In this document: one piece after another, positions 51,663 through 64,000 of the stretch | Layout of the letters: the number at the start of each line of letters is the position of its first letter | Position numbering within the stretch: position 1 is the first letter of the stretch | Assembly (NCBI RefSeq): GCF_004010195.1 | Contig: NC_057755.1 | Span: 6,183,474-6,247,473 of the forward strand | Direction: 5' to 3' | DNA: 64,000 bases | Origin: Chiloscyllium plagiosum | Lineage: Eukaryota | The notes under the pieces: generated by a model | Databases searched by the model: none | Told to the model about the DNA's origin: nothing | The model's input: the letters and a program-made list of their open reading frames with translations, nothing else | Made by a program: the position numbers and the translations under genes

Positions 51663-53844
51663 TGTAATATTCACATCAGAATCCCTGTATCTATTACTTG
51701 GCTAAATGACTTGTGACTGCCACTTCTAAACTGTCACTATAGTGAATGTCTTCCTAGAGCTACGGTACACCTGAGTGTCACTGTACTCTACTTGAAACAA
51801 TCCCTTCAGAGCTTTTCCTTGTCCCAACACTTCTGTCTGGGACCAACACAACTTTTCATTCCAAGGCAGTCTAATCTAAAATAGTTAAAAATGGAACACG
51901 TGCTAACAGGTTGAAGTTAGATGGGTAGAAGGGGAGAGAGAGGGTTTCCATACAGCTTACCTTTGAACACCTAACTAGTTCTGGATTAACCGCTCAGCTC
52001 GAGAGCTGATCACTCCCCTTTCATTACACAGGTAACTTCTAAAACATGACCAAGTTGGCCCTAAGTCTCAACTGTTTGCATATGAACAAAACGGCCGCTG
52101 AAAACACTTTAAATCTCTGTACCAAACCAACCTAATCGGCACCAAAAGCGTTTCAGAACCCTATGGAAAAAAAAAACAAATACATGCTATCCTTGAAAAA
52201 AGGAACATCTTTGAGAAAAAATGGAAGCACATGTCTCATCTTACACTGTGACCAGTTAGAATCATGCTCTTTTCTAACCCCTCATGAAATATGTCCTCAC
52301 GAACTGGTCATTAATACTCTCTTTCTGCCTGGAAAAACTTGTTGTTGGCTCGTAATCTCTTTTTTCTATATGTCAATTCATTGTCATCTCAGGATTTTGG
52401 ATGTCCTTTCATGTTATCAGGGTCTGCTCAGACTCAATCTTCTATCATAACATCCATTCCTCCCCTCAGCCAACACCCAACTCTCTCACTCTCTCACTAT
52501 CCATAATGCTACATCTTCTTCGGCTTTCCTCAACGTTTTTGCTAGGTTCTTTGTCTCCTTCTTTGTGAAGGTCCTTGACTGGACGTGACCTCACATCAGA
52601 ACCACACAATCCCCATGCCACATCATGTCTCTGCCATTGGACTGAACAACGCATTCCCTCTTTCCACAAAACCAGATAAGATCCTAAACACACAGATCAA
52701 GAATTACCATGCATTGCCTCTCGCAGGCTCTCTTTCTGCATCCCACCGTGACCTGCAGCCGCTGTGCACCCTACACACACCCAGAAACACACACACATAC
52801 GTCTGCCACTCCTCAGTTTTATACCAGGCCTTCACTGCCCCTCACATCGACTGGCAGACTACCACACTGGCATCCTGCTCATAGTCCAGCTGAACTTCTG
52901 CTACCATCCCAGCTGATACCCTACCCATATTCGTGCTGGGCTTTCTAAACCCTCCCCAGTTAGTAATCTAAGTATGTGGCCCCGAACCACCATGCACCTT
53001 AAAACCTGGCACATTTACGTCACTATCCTTTGGCCACCTGTTTCTGACAGTGCTGTCAAATCACCCTTTGTATATGCATAATGTGACACTTTCAGCCAGG
53101 ACAGATCTGTCAGTATAGAAGCATGCTCCCGCGTTCCTAAGGGTTATGCTGAATGGAATCTCCTGTCAGAAATGCAGCACTCCGTTCTTTCATCAGAAAG
53201 AGAAGTGCTCTGATGGCAATCTGCGTGAGATTCCCACCCGCTTGAAAACTTGTCCCAGTGTTTTGTTGGTTTAAAAGGCAATAAGGAAGGAAAAGCTCCA
53301 AATCAGATTGGTAAAGAATAATTTTTGTGCTAACTGTAGTGCATTTTTTTTGTCTTTCAAAAATAGTTCGAAGCCAGTTTTTAACTTATAACTTCTTTAT
53401 TTTCCCACTTAACACGAAGAAGGACTGCAACGTTTTTACTTTTAATTTTGTTTCTTTACTTTTCTACTTTGTATCTAAGATTTTGTACCTCGCTACCTTT
53501 CTGGCTAAGATAATTTTGGAAATGGCGACATTTTGCACTTTTCACTGTAGTCATGTACTTCTGTTCTTCTTATCGTACACATGACGATAAAAAAACTAAT
53601 TCTAATTCTCAAGAAATTAGTGACACTTCATTTTTTATTATAAATTGTATGGTGTAATAACCTTCAGAGGGAAGTAGTTAATTTGCTGCTTGTTCAGATT
53701 AACGTAATTTGTCATTCTGCCAGATGTATTGTCTCACAGGACATTTCTCTTCCAAATAAAATGAGATTGTGTTGACGATAATATTGTTTTTCAGCAGACA
53801 GCATCAATGACTCGACGTTAAAACACAGATCTGATTGGCACAGA

Positions 53845-53914
53845 ATGAAATACTCAGTAATTTTAAATGTAGCGCGAATTTACTACCCAATACTTGCAGC
53901 TATTGGCATTATTG
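53845..53914 (+). CDS. GPR139/GPR142-like GPCR (copy 5, intact), exon 1
   Basis: MKYSVILNVARIYYPILAAIGII G|gtaagt; 70 nt, phase 1, in frame with 55331. Confidence 0.9.
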
Positions 53915-55330
53915 GTAAGTTCTTAAATCTGGTTATGCTTGTGGAAATCAATTTAATTCCGCTCCGTAATCATTTATTCAAATTTGACAAACTTTCCCCA
54001 GCTTTTGGCTATTTCCAAACTGCAATTCTAGTGGTTTCACCAGTAGTTCATTTTTATTATTGATTCCTCCAATTGCTGAATAAGGTTTGCTTATGCATGT
54101 TGTACAGAGTATTTAGTTCCAACACAGAGCAAGCTGAGTCAACATTTATTCCCAATGTGGACTTATACTTCAGAAGGTGTTGGGGAGTTGCCTTCCCAAA
54201 CCACTGCAGACCAATTGTAAGAGCACTGATAAAAAGGGTGCAAACATACCCTTCGGTCCAATTCATTCATGCTGTCGAGGTTTCCACAATCGAACCACTC
54301 CCATTGCCTGCTATTAGCTCATATCCTGCTAAATCTTTCCTTTCTGTGTAGCTGTCCAAATGTCTTTTAATTGATCTAGCCACACTGAAGGATCGGAGAT
54401 GTGTTTCCAAGCCAGGAAGTTCACTATCTTGAAGAGAGCTTAAAAGTGATGTCATTCCCATCCATCTGCTGCTCTTAGACAGTAGCGGCTGTGAGGACGA
54501 GAGGGAGCTGTCTGAGCAACCTTGGTGAGATGCTGCAATGTGTCTTGTAGATGGTACACGCTGGTTGTCACTGAAAGATAGTGGGGGGGGGGCGAATAGA
54601 CTGAAGGGTTTTGGATGTGGTGGCAATCAAGTCGGCTGATATATGCTGGAAGAAAGACAAACTACTGCAGATGCTCGATATTTGCAATAAATAAATAAAA
54701 TATCGGATGAAGTCGGCAGACCAGGAACTTCTATGCAGAGGGAAACAAACGTTATGTCTTCGTGTGTGGCATGACTCTCCTGCAGACTTTCCTATAGTCC
54801 TGGATCGTGTTTGAGTTCTTGCATGTTGCGGGAGTTCCACTCATTCAGGCAAAGTGGGGAACATTCTCTCACACTCATGACTTATACCTTGCAGATGGTG
54901 GACAGTCTTTGAGGATTCATGAGGTGAGTTTTTCGCTGCAGAGCTCCTATCCTCTGACACCCGGTAGAAGCAACAATGCTTACATGGCTAATCCAGGGCA
55001 GGTCTGGGACAGTGGTATTCTCCAGAATCCATTAAACATTGTGCTTAATCAGTCAGAGAACAGATTTGCATTCATATATTTCATTCATTGCGAATTTTTG
55101 TCCTTACTTATTTAATTACTCGCTTTGTCAATTGGTTCACAGCTCATCTTTATTTAATTCTGGTTTGCTTGAGTCATTAGTTTCAATCTACATTTTCATC
55201 ATGCATCATTTAATTGAATTAATATATTAATCTGAGGGAACTGGCACGGTTTGGCAGACGTATTAAACTTATGTTTCTGCTTTGACTCCAGTCGTGAAGA
55301 ATTGTAATTTTCTGTAATTGTTTCTTACAG

Positions 55331-56235
55331 TGAACTTTGTGGGAATCGTGATTCTGAATCGAGGCAATTGCGGCCTCTCCAAATGCATCACTCGCTATTT
55401 GTTGGCAATGTCTGCAGCAGATCTACTTCTCGTCATCCTTAATGTCATACTGAACCGAATTAATAATCTTTATTTCCCAGTTACTTTCTTATCCATCACT
55501 CCTTTGTGTGCCTTGAGAGTTGTTCTGTGCCTGGCAGCCTTGGACTGCTCAGTTTGGTTCACAGTTGCTTTCACATTTGATCGGTTTGTCGCGATTTGTT
55601 GCCAGAAGTTAAGAGCGAGATGTTGCAATAACAGAACTGCACTTGTGATTATAATAGTTGTGAGTGTGGTCTGCTGTTTGCGGTCAATTGCTTGGTATTT
55701 TGTATTAGCTCCTGCAATTATCATTGACAATGTGCCATGGTTTTGCGTCATAATATCAGACTATTATACATCATTATTTTGGAAAATGAATGAATGGATT
55801 GACATTATAATTATACCGCTGCTTCCAATTCTGTTAATTTTAATATTCAATGCTCTGACTATCAGGAATATTATAAGAGCCAACCGCATCCGCTGTCGCC
55901 TTCAGAACCAGGGAAATGGACAGAATAGTGTTGATCCAGAGGTCTTAAACCGGAGAAAATCCATCATCTTGCTCTTTGCATTGTCTGCTAATTTTATAGT
56001 GTTCTGGATGACACATGTCATACGGTCTTTATTCTGGCCAGAGGTAAACTATAATTACGAAGACAAGACTTTAAACGATCCAACATTTATCTTTCAAGAA
56101 ATTGGATTCATGCTACGGCTTCTGAATTCGTGCACCAACACCTGCATATACGCTCTAACACAAACGAAGTTCAGACAAGAGTTAATCAATGGAGTAAAGT
56201 ATCCATTCAATCAAATTGTTAAGCTATGCAAATAA
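55331..56235 (+). CDS. GPR139/GPR142-like class A GPCR (copy 5, intact), exon 2
   Basis: Acceptor tttcttacag|TG AAC TTT. An open 905-nt frame has NRGNCGLSKC, SAADLL, TPLC, DCSVWFT, FDRFVAICC, PWFC, PLLP, NRRKSIILLF and SCTNTCIYALTQTKFR. Spliced product 324 aa. Confidence 0.93.
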
Positions 56236-58999
56236 ACCACAGAACTGACCTCGATTTGAAGATCCTTGTAACAGGTCAGACAACAGGTTTAAAGAATTCG
56301 TGGAATTTTCCTGTCTACATTAACTGAAACGAAGTTCGTGACTTCAGCATTAGAAACAGAACACTTGGCCACTCAAATTGGTAATAATCAGTGGTGCAAG
56401 AAATTAATGAGGTGAAATTCGAATAATAGTTCATTGGGACTGAGCATTTGTCAAGGATGTTGTTGGCCAAAAGTCTGAGTCTTTGCTTTGTGTTTCTTTT
56501 CAAAACCTTTTCCAATTTCTGATGCGTTTACAACTTTGGATTTCCTCATTAAAAAGATGATGTTCTTGTGCTGAAAACCCTTTGGCAGCCTCATGTGAAT
56601 ATGTTCAGTGACTGGCGACCACGGTTACAATGAGCAAAGATTAATCTTAAAGTGTTTCAAACTGCTTTCACACATGCATTTGATTTGAGTCGTGTTAAAA
56701 GCAGCTGAGGAAAAAAATCACACAATTTTCAAATGTGTTTTCCACAATTCACTTCATTACCTGTCACTGCTTCGTCCAAAACAACACGTCTCGTTGTTCC
56801 TATTGTTATATATCATCACCCACTATCCAACTTTGTAACTAAGTCATTTTCAACATTCCTAAAAGCTTCTTGTTTGGCTATGCCTGGCATTTTATTTTTA
56901 TTTAAGCTGTTATAACCTGCCAGTTAAGGTTTCAGTTCCGATCGACAATTGTGAATTTTTAATTATTACATTTTTTTCCTGTTTATTATTGGTCACTACG
57001 TACACTGCACAATGGATGCTCACTCCCTTCACTATGTCTGAGTATCTCCTTGAACACTCATATTGAGCAACAAGATTCACTGTGAAAGAAATACATTGCA
57101 CAGACACGTCGAAGAAAATTCTTGACGACTCAGACTCACTGTGAAATAAATCCTAAACCAGCCAGGATGTGCACAATAAAGTACCGTCAGTTCTTCAAGA
57201 ACACGATAGTTGTCTTCGTACATGGCCACGCTATACAAAAATCATGCTATACAAATAACATGTATAGTGTTATCAATCTAATCTCGTTATAGCCAACAAA
57301 GGCTTTAAAAGTTCGTTGTTTAGAAACTGCGTTCTCTGTTCACCCAATCACATTCCAGCTAATTCACATAACTAAAAAATACGTTATAGCAGATTCTCCT
57401 GTGAACAAAGTGCATGATCTCCTTTGTTCAGTGGATAAGTATGTGGTACATCCAGCAACTGGATGCCCACTGTGTACAAAATGAACGATTTGAGGAATCG
57501 GATAAAATGAGTGTCAAGTGACTGACCGATGTCATTCCTCTCTGACACGACCTGCCTGGCAGTTAATCAACAACCTGACTGGACCTGTGGTGTGATCATC
57601 TCCCTCCAACTGGTGTCTATCACGCTCGCTTCCCCCTTACGCTTCTCAGCATGTCCAACTGGCACCCAAGTCGGTAAAAGAATGTAGAAAGGTGTTTAAA
57701 AAGAGTAATAAAAATAATGATTGTTTATACCCTTTATACAGTATAAGAAAAAGAGCAAGACATTATATAATTTTCGGAATTGTTGCTAAAATGTAAAGAT
57801 GTGACAGAAAGGATCATATCAGTTAAGAAAGAATTGCGAAGAGTTATAAATGCTTAAACGTTTCTGATAACTTTATGAAGGATCATCGATATTATTAAGA
57901 AATACTTGGAAAGCATTGTGAAGACTGTAACAAACTGTAATGGATTGAAAACAGTTGCAATTTCAATATGCCAGAAGATTTGATGGGATGCATTTCTCTG
58001 AATCAATTCCTTCTGAATGGATACAGAGAATCACTGGAGCAGGTCTGCTCGAGGGAAAACTCCAGAAATTGAAATTGCAGGAAGCATGAATGCCTCTCAC
58101 AATTGTCTCATTTTCTATGAGGAGATTGAGGCAAATCTCGACTTTATCAAACACACTGCCGGGATCTGTTGGTCTGTGGTGAAATCAGTTTCTGTTGTCC
58201 GTCCATTCCTTTCCTCCATAAGGTAGAACTGAAACATTTCCACAAAAGACCATCCTCAATTATGACAATGGGAATAAGACAGAAACTGCTGTAAAAGCTC
58301 AGCAGGTCTACAAGCATCTGTGACCGAAATCAGAGTTAACGTTTCAAACTTCAGAATGGAAATAGCCTGATTTGAAACTTTTTTGACACAAATTAATCCA
58401 TTCATTCCTCCTTTTTCTTTAATTGCGCAATACTATACGTGGGTACGACTGATAACGAAGTGACAGAGCAGTGCGACAGAGGGCTGCTGGTAAAATGGAG
58501 ATTTACCTTCCAATTGTACTTGCGATTACAGATGTACTGTTTTAAAGATGTCACAAAGTTAAGATGAGAAACAATGGTTAATGAATTAATAGTCTGCAGA
58601 GATAGATGTGGGAGTGAGGCAACAGTCATTACACAAGCTGTAATGGGTTTTGTGTTTACTGTTCCCTGGATGTGGTAGTTGCTGGCGAGGCTGACATTCA
58701 TGTGCACTTGAGAACGTGGGAGTAAGCTACGTTCCTGAACCATGAAGTAGATGAATCGGCAAAACTGTGACAGATGGAGTTCAATGCAAGCGAGTGTGAG
58801 TTTACTCATTTTGAACTGAGAAAGCATAGATCAGGGCATTTTCTCGATTCCATGAATTTAGATACAGTCGATGTCCAAACAGACATAAAGCTTCAGGTGC
58901 ACAGACCTTTAAAATACCTCAAAAAGGCACAAAAATCAATTATGTATGTTTCTAGTATTCCAGCATTTATCACAAGATGACATTTATGTCAAGGATTCT

Positions 59000-61900
59000 G
59001 GGTAATCCAAGATGGAAGACGTGAAAAATTTCTGGCTGTAACAGCTACTCTTTTTTTGAGTTATTTTAGGAGCTGGAGATTATTTCCTCGAACTCTGGGA
59101 GCAACAATTACTGTTTTATATGCTGTTGCATTGCTTTGGGACTTTGGGGGGAAAAAGTCAAAACAACAGCAGTTTTAAAAGGGAGAATAACAGACAAATG
59201 AACACGTGGTGAAGTCATTACAGGAGAGAGAGAGAGAGAATCTGCACAGTTACTGCCTTTGCTGTGTAAATTTATGTATCGCCGGATATCGGAGTGCACC
59301 TGAGAAAATTAACAAACAGTGAAAATCATAACTGATCTTGGATGAACTATTGGGCGAAATTCACAGCACAGAACCAGAGAAGTTAATCGTTGTTTTTAAG
59401 TGTGGCCTACAGAGAATCTGCAGTAGTGAGTAGAGTGGCTTCATTCTTGATTATATGTTTTTGGAGATATGTCTCTTGATTAAGGTTAAAATATAAGCCA
59501 TAAATATTAATTTAGCCTGGAGCAGTGTTTGAAGAGGAATAAGACAGTGTTATTTTCTGGGTTTGTAGATTGTGAAGGAGCAAAAATGGCCTTTAATAGA
59601 GTGACATGTACTTCTTGTCAGAAGTGGGCGCTTAAAGAGAGCTTGAGGGTTACTGCGGATTATGCTGGCCATAAATGCTATTGGCTGCGAATCTTATCAG
59701 ATCGAATGGATTGGTTGGAGTCACAGTTCGAAACAATGAGGAATTTGCAACAGCAACAGTTGGTGATGGATGGCAGTTATAGGAAGGGGGAAAAGTCTCA
59801 GATCCATCACATAGGAGTGTTAACTCCAGGAAAGTTAAGATAGATAGGCAGCTAGTGCAGCAGTCTTTTGGGGATATACCCATTTCAACCAAGAATGCTG
59901 TTTTGGAAACTACAGGGGGTGGTCGATTCTCAGGGGAACGTAGCATGAACAGCCAAGTTTCTGGTATTGAGACTTGCTCTAATGCAAAGAGGGGTTCGTC
60001 GGGTTCCAAGAGATCAATTGGCTTAAGAGATTCTCTAGTCCGAGCTACAGACATACGTTTCTGTGGACAGCAGCGATAGAGCAGAATGGTTTGTTGCTTC
60101 CCTGGTGACAGAATGAAGAATGTCTCTGAGAGGGTGCAGAATGTTCTCACGGGGGAGAGGGGCCAGCAAGAATTCATTGTCCACATTGGAAACAATGACA
60201 TAGGAAGGGATTCTGAAGGGAGTTTCCAGAGAGTTAGGCAGAAGTTTAAAAAGGAGGCCCTCGAGAGTAGTAATATCTGGATTATTCCCAGTGCTCCAAT
60301 CTAGTGGAGGCAGGAATAGGAAGATAGAACAGATGAATGCATGGCTGAGGACCTGGTGTATGGGAGAGGGAATCATATTTTTGGATCATTGGAATCTCTT
60401 TTGGGGTAGAAGTGACATGTACAAGAATGACGGATTGCACCTAAATTGGAAGGGGACTAATAGACTGGCAGGGAAATTTCCTAGAGCTACTCGGGAGGAT
60501 TTAACCTAGTAAGGTGGGGGTTGGGGGAGAGGGAGATAGTGAGGAAAGAGATCAATCTGAGACTGGTAAAGTTGAGAACAGAAGCGAGACAAAAAGTCAG
60601 GGCAGGCAGGGACAAGGTAGGACTAATAAATTAAACTGAAATTATTTCAATGCAAGGGGCCTAACAGGGAAGGCAGATGAACTCAGAGCATGGTTAGGAA
60701 CACGGGACTGGGATATCATAGCAATTGCACAAACATGGCTCAGAGATGGGCAGGACTGGCAGCTTAATGTTCCAGAATATAAACGCTAAATGAAGGATGG
60801 AAAGAGATACAAGGGGGGAGTGGCATTTTTGATAGGGGGTAGCATTACAGCTGTTTTGAGGGAGGTTAATACCGTAAATACATCCCGGGAGTTATTTGGG
60901 TGGAAATGAGAAATAAGACAAGGATGATAACCTTATTAGGATTGTATTATTGACCACCTAACAGTCAGAGGGAAATCGAGAAACAAACTTGTAAGGACAT
61001 TAAGGGCAAAAGGTTAACGAGGGAGATAATATGGCCCCTCAAAGATCAGCAAGGGTGCCTTTGCAAGGAGCCGCAAAAAATGGGGAGATCCTAAATGAGT
61101 ATTTTGCATCAGTATTTACTGAGGAAAATGATATGGAAAATATAGTCTGTAGGGAAATAGATGGTGATATCTTGCAAAATTTCTATATTACACAGGAGGA
61201 AGTGTTGGATGTCATGAAACGGGTAAAGGTGGCTAAAACAGCAGGACCTAATCAGGTGTACCCGAGAATCCTGTGGGAAGGTAGAGAAGTGATTGCTGGG
61301 CCTCTTGCTGAGATTTTGTATCATCGATAGTCACAGTTGAGGTGCCGAAAGATTGGAGGTTGGCAAACCTGATGCCACTGTTCAAGAAGAGTGGTAACGA
61401 CAGGCCAGGGAAATATAGACCAGTGAGCCTGACGTCGGTGGTGGGTAAGTTGTTGGAGGGAATCCTGAGGGACTGTGTGTACAGATATTTGGAAAGACAA
61501 GGAATGATTAGGGATAGTCAGCATTGTTTTGTGCGTGAGAAATCATGTCTCACAAACTTGTTTGATTATTTTGAAGAAATAACAAAGAGGACTGATAGGG
61601 GCAGAGTGGTAGATGTGATCTACATGACTTCAGGAAGGCGTTCGACAAGGTTCCCAATGGGAGACTGATTAGCAAGGTTATATCTCAAGGAGTACAGGGA
61701 GATCTAACCATTTGGATATAGAACTGGCTCAAAGGAAGAAGACAGAGGGTGGTGGTGGAGGGTTGTTTTTCAGACTGCAGGCGTATGACCAGTGGAGTGC
61801 AACGAGCATAGGCGTAGGGTCCTCTACATTTTGTCATTCATATAAATGATTTGGATGCGAGCATAAGAGGTATACTTAGTAAGTTTGCAGAAATACCAAA

Positions 61901-62805
61901 ATTGGAGGTGTAGTGGATACCGAAGAGGGTTCCCCCAGATTACAACAGGATCTTGACCAGATAGGCCAATGAGCTGGGAAGTGACAGATAGAGCTTAATT
62001 CAGATAAATGCGAGTTGATGCATTTTGGGAAACCAAATCTTAGCAGGACTCATACACTTAATGGCAAAGTTCGAGGGAGTGTTGCTGAACAAAGAGACCT
62101 TGGAGTGCAGGTTCATAGCTCCTTGAAAGTGGAGTCGCAGGTAGATAGGATAGTGAAGAAGGCGTTTGGTATGCTTTCCTTTGTTGGTCAGAGTATTGAG
62201 TACAGGATTTGGGAGGTCACGTTGCGGCTGTACAGGACATTAGTTAGGGTCTCTGTTGGAATATCTCATGCAATTCTGGTATCCTTCCCATCGGAAAGAT
62301 GTTGTGAAACTTGAAACGGCTCAGAAAAGATTTGCAAGGATGTTGCCAGGGATGGAGGATTTGAGATATAGGGAGAGGCTGAGCAGGCTGAGGCTGTCCT
62401 CCCTGAAGCATCGGAGGCAGAGCGGTGACCTAATAAAGATTCACAAAGTTATGAAGGGCATGGATAGGGTAAATAGACAAAGTCATTTCCCTAGGGTCGG
62501 GGAGTCCAGTACTAGAGAACATAGGTTTAGTGTGAGAGAGGAAAGAAACTAAAGACACACATGGAGCAACCTTTTCACACAGAGGGTGGTACGTATATGG
62601 AATGAGCTACCAGAGGAAGTGGTGGAGGCTGATACAATTGCAACATTCAAGAGGCATTTGGATGGGTCTATAAATAGGAAGGTTTTGGGGGGATATGGAC
62701 CAGGTGTTGGCAGGTGGGACTAGATTGGGTTGGGATATCTGGTCAGTATGGACGAGTTGGAGCGAAGGGTCTGTTTCCATGTTGTACATCTCTATGACTC
62801 TATGA
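59000..62805 (+). mobile_element. Near full-length, inactivated CR1 LINE
   Basis: ORF1 from ATG 59586 has TCTSCQ.W zinc finger/zipper and SGNH esterase motifs (RDSLVRATD, VCCFPG, VHIGNNDIG, DGLHLN). ORF2 has the endonuclease start YFNARGL..DIIAIAQTWL, an internal deletion at ~61000, and RT YRPVSLTSVVGKLLE. Tail ctctatgactctatga. Multiple stops and frameshifts. Confidence 0.93.
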
Positions 62806-64000
62806 CTGTCTGACTGAGGTGCAAGAATGCGAAGATATGCTGCAGTTCTGCAAGATCCTGGTTTGTCCCCACTTGGCTTTATGAGCAGATCTGGACACCA
62901 CACCTTAGGAAGGATACATTTTCAAGCTTAAACAGGAAAAGATAGGGTAGGTAAACATGAAATATTCTCACTGGTCTGGGACGCTAGAAAGTGGGCACAA
63001 TCTGAGAATTAGGGCTAGTGCATTCAGGAGAAATATTAAGACGTGTTTTCTCGTGCAAAACATGCTATATGTTTTGGACATTCATCTACATACGGTAATG
63101 TGTGCGATATCAGCTGTTGTTTCTATCTAAGAAAGGTAAGCTTGAATTAACTGAAAGTATTAAGAGATATAGCCCAGTGGAAGGTATGTGGACTTAGGGT
63201 ACAGTGCAGCCATGATGTCATTAAAGGGTGGAACAGGCCTGAGGGGCTGACTGAATAGCCGCAGCCATCGCCTATGTTCCTAAGTCGCTATACACCCACG
63301 ATGCTGTTGGAAGGGGCTTCACAATATGGATCCAGTAAAAATGAGGGATTGGCGAGAAACAGATCTGAATGAACCCAGGAGTGAACAGATACCTGATTTG
63401 ATTGGCTTTTTAAACAGGATGCGACGGTCTAGCATGCCACATGCCAAAAACTGGGCTTGAGGACGGAATGCAAGGATAATTAACCTTTGCTGCAGGTAGA
63501 TATGCTGTGAACTTTCACTTCACTAAGTAGGATATTAATCCTGTAACAACAACATGTTTGGAGTGACCAGAACATGGTCTCTGGTATTAGAGGCAGTAGA
63601 AATATCTCGATCCAAATTGAAAGAATGTTGGAGATGTGATAGCTGTACGTTGAGGTGGGTGGGGTGTTCGAAGACGGTTACTGTTTTAAGAATGGGATGA
63701 TTACTTTGTATATCATTTCATGAAACGGAGAGTCGGGGTCTGGGATTTATTCAGATCCGGTCAAATTCCCAGAGTAGTCCTATGTAGAACTCAGGTTTGG
63801 AGGGAGTGCAGGAGAGAGAAAGAGAGAGAGTGTCAAAAGTGTCTATGGATTGGAGACTTGTTTATAAGTATTTCTGCTGCAATAGGCAATCTTCATATCA
63901 CACAGGAACATTGCCAGTGCCTGCTGCATTGTTGAAATATTCTCTTTCCAACTATGCAGATGCGATGAGCTCCAATTCAAATCGAATGAACATAGAGAAC

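Noticed and set aside
53915..54063. Continuation of the 72-aa ORF after IGII
   Set aside because: It lies past a consensus gtaagt donor, so it is intronic.
57960..58230. Coding-looking unique segment downstream of copy 5
   Set aside because: Short frames with no GPCR or other recognisable motifs and no clear splice pair.

Overview
Eukaryotic, repeat-rich DNA, most likely from an elasmobranch (shark or ray). This is inferred from HE1-type SINEs, abundant CR1 LINEs and Penelope elements. The core of the window is a tandem cluster of five two-exon rhodopsin-class GPCR loci of the GPR139/GPR142-like type. Two look intact: minus strand 32886-32820 + 29517-28646 (312 aa), and plus strand 53845-53914 + 55331-56235 (324 aa). 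Three are pseudogenes, at about 4.7-7.0 kb, 35.9-36.4 kb and 43.9-44.8 kb. One pseudogene sits in a recognisable multi-kb duplication of the first intact gene, so birth-and-death turnover is directly visible. The rest of the window holds two Gmr1-like Gypsy remnants, many CR1 copies (one near full length, one nested), Penelope elements with hammerhead ribozyme motifs, SINEs and a very old hAT transposase fossil. It also has tandem repeats, a 619-nt assembly gap, an orphan CArG/CCAAT/TATA promoter-like cassette, and a possible Arg-containing transmembrane exon near the left end. All calls come from reading the sequence by eye. Repeat boundaries are approximate and no searches were run.
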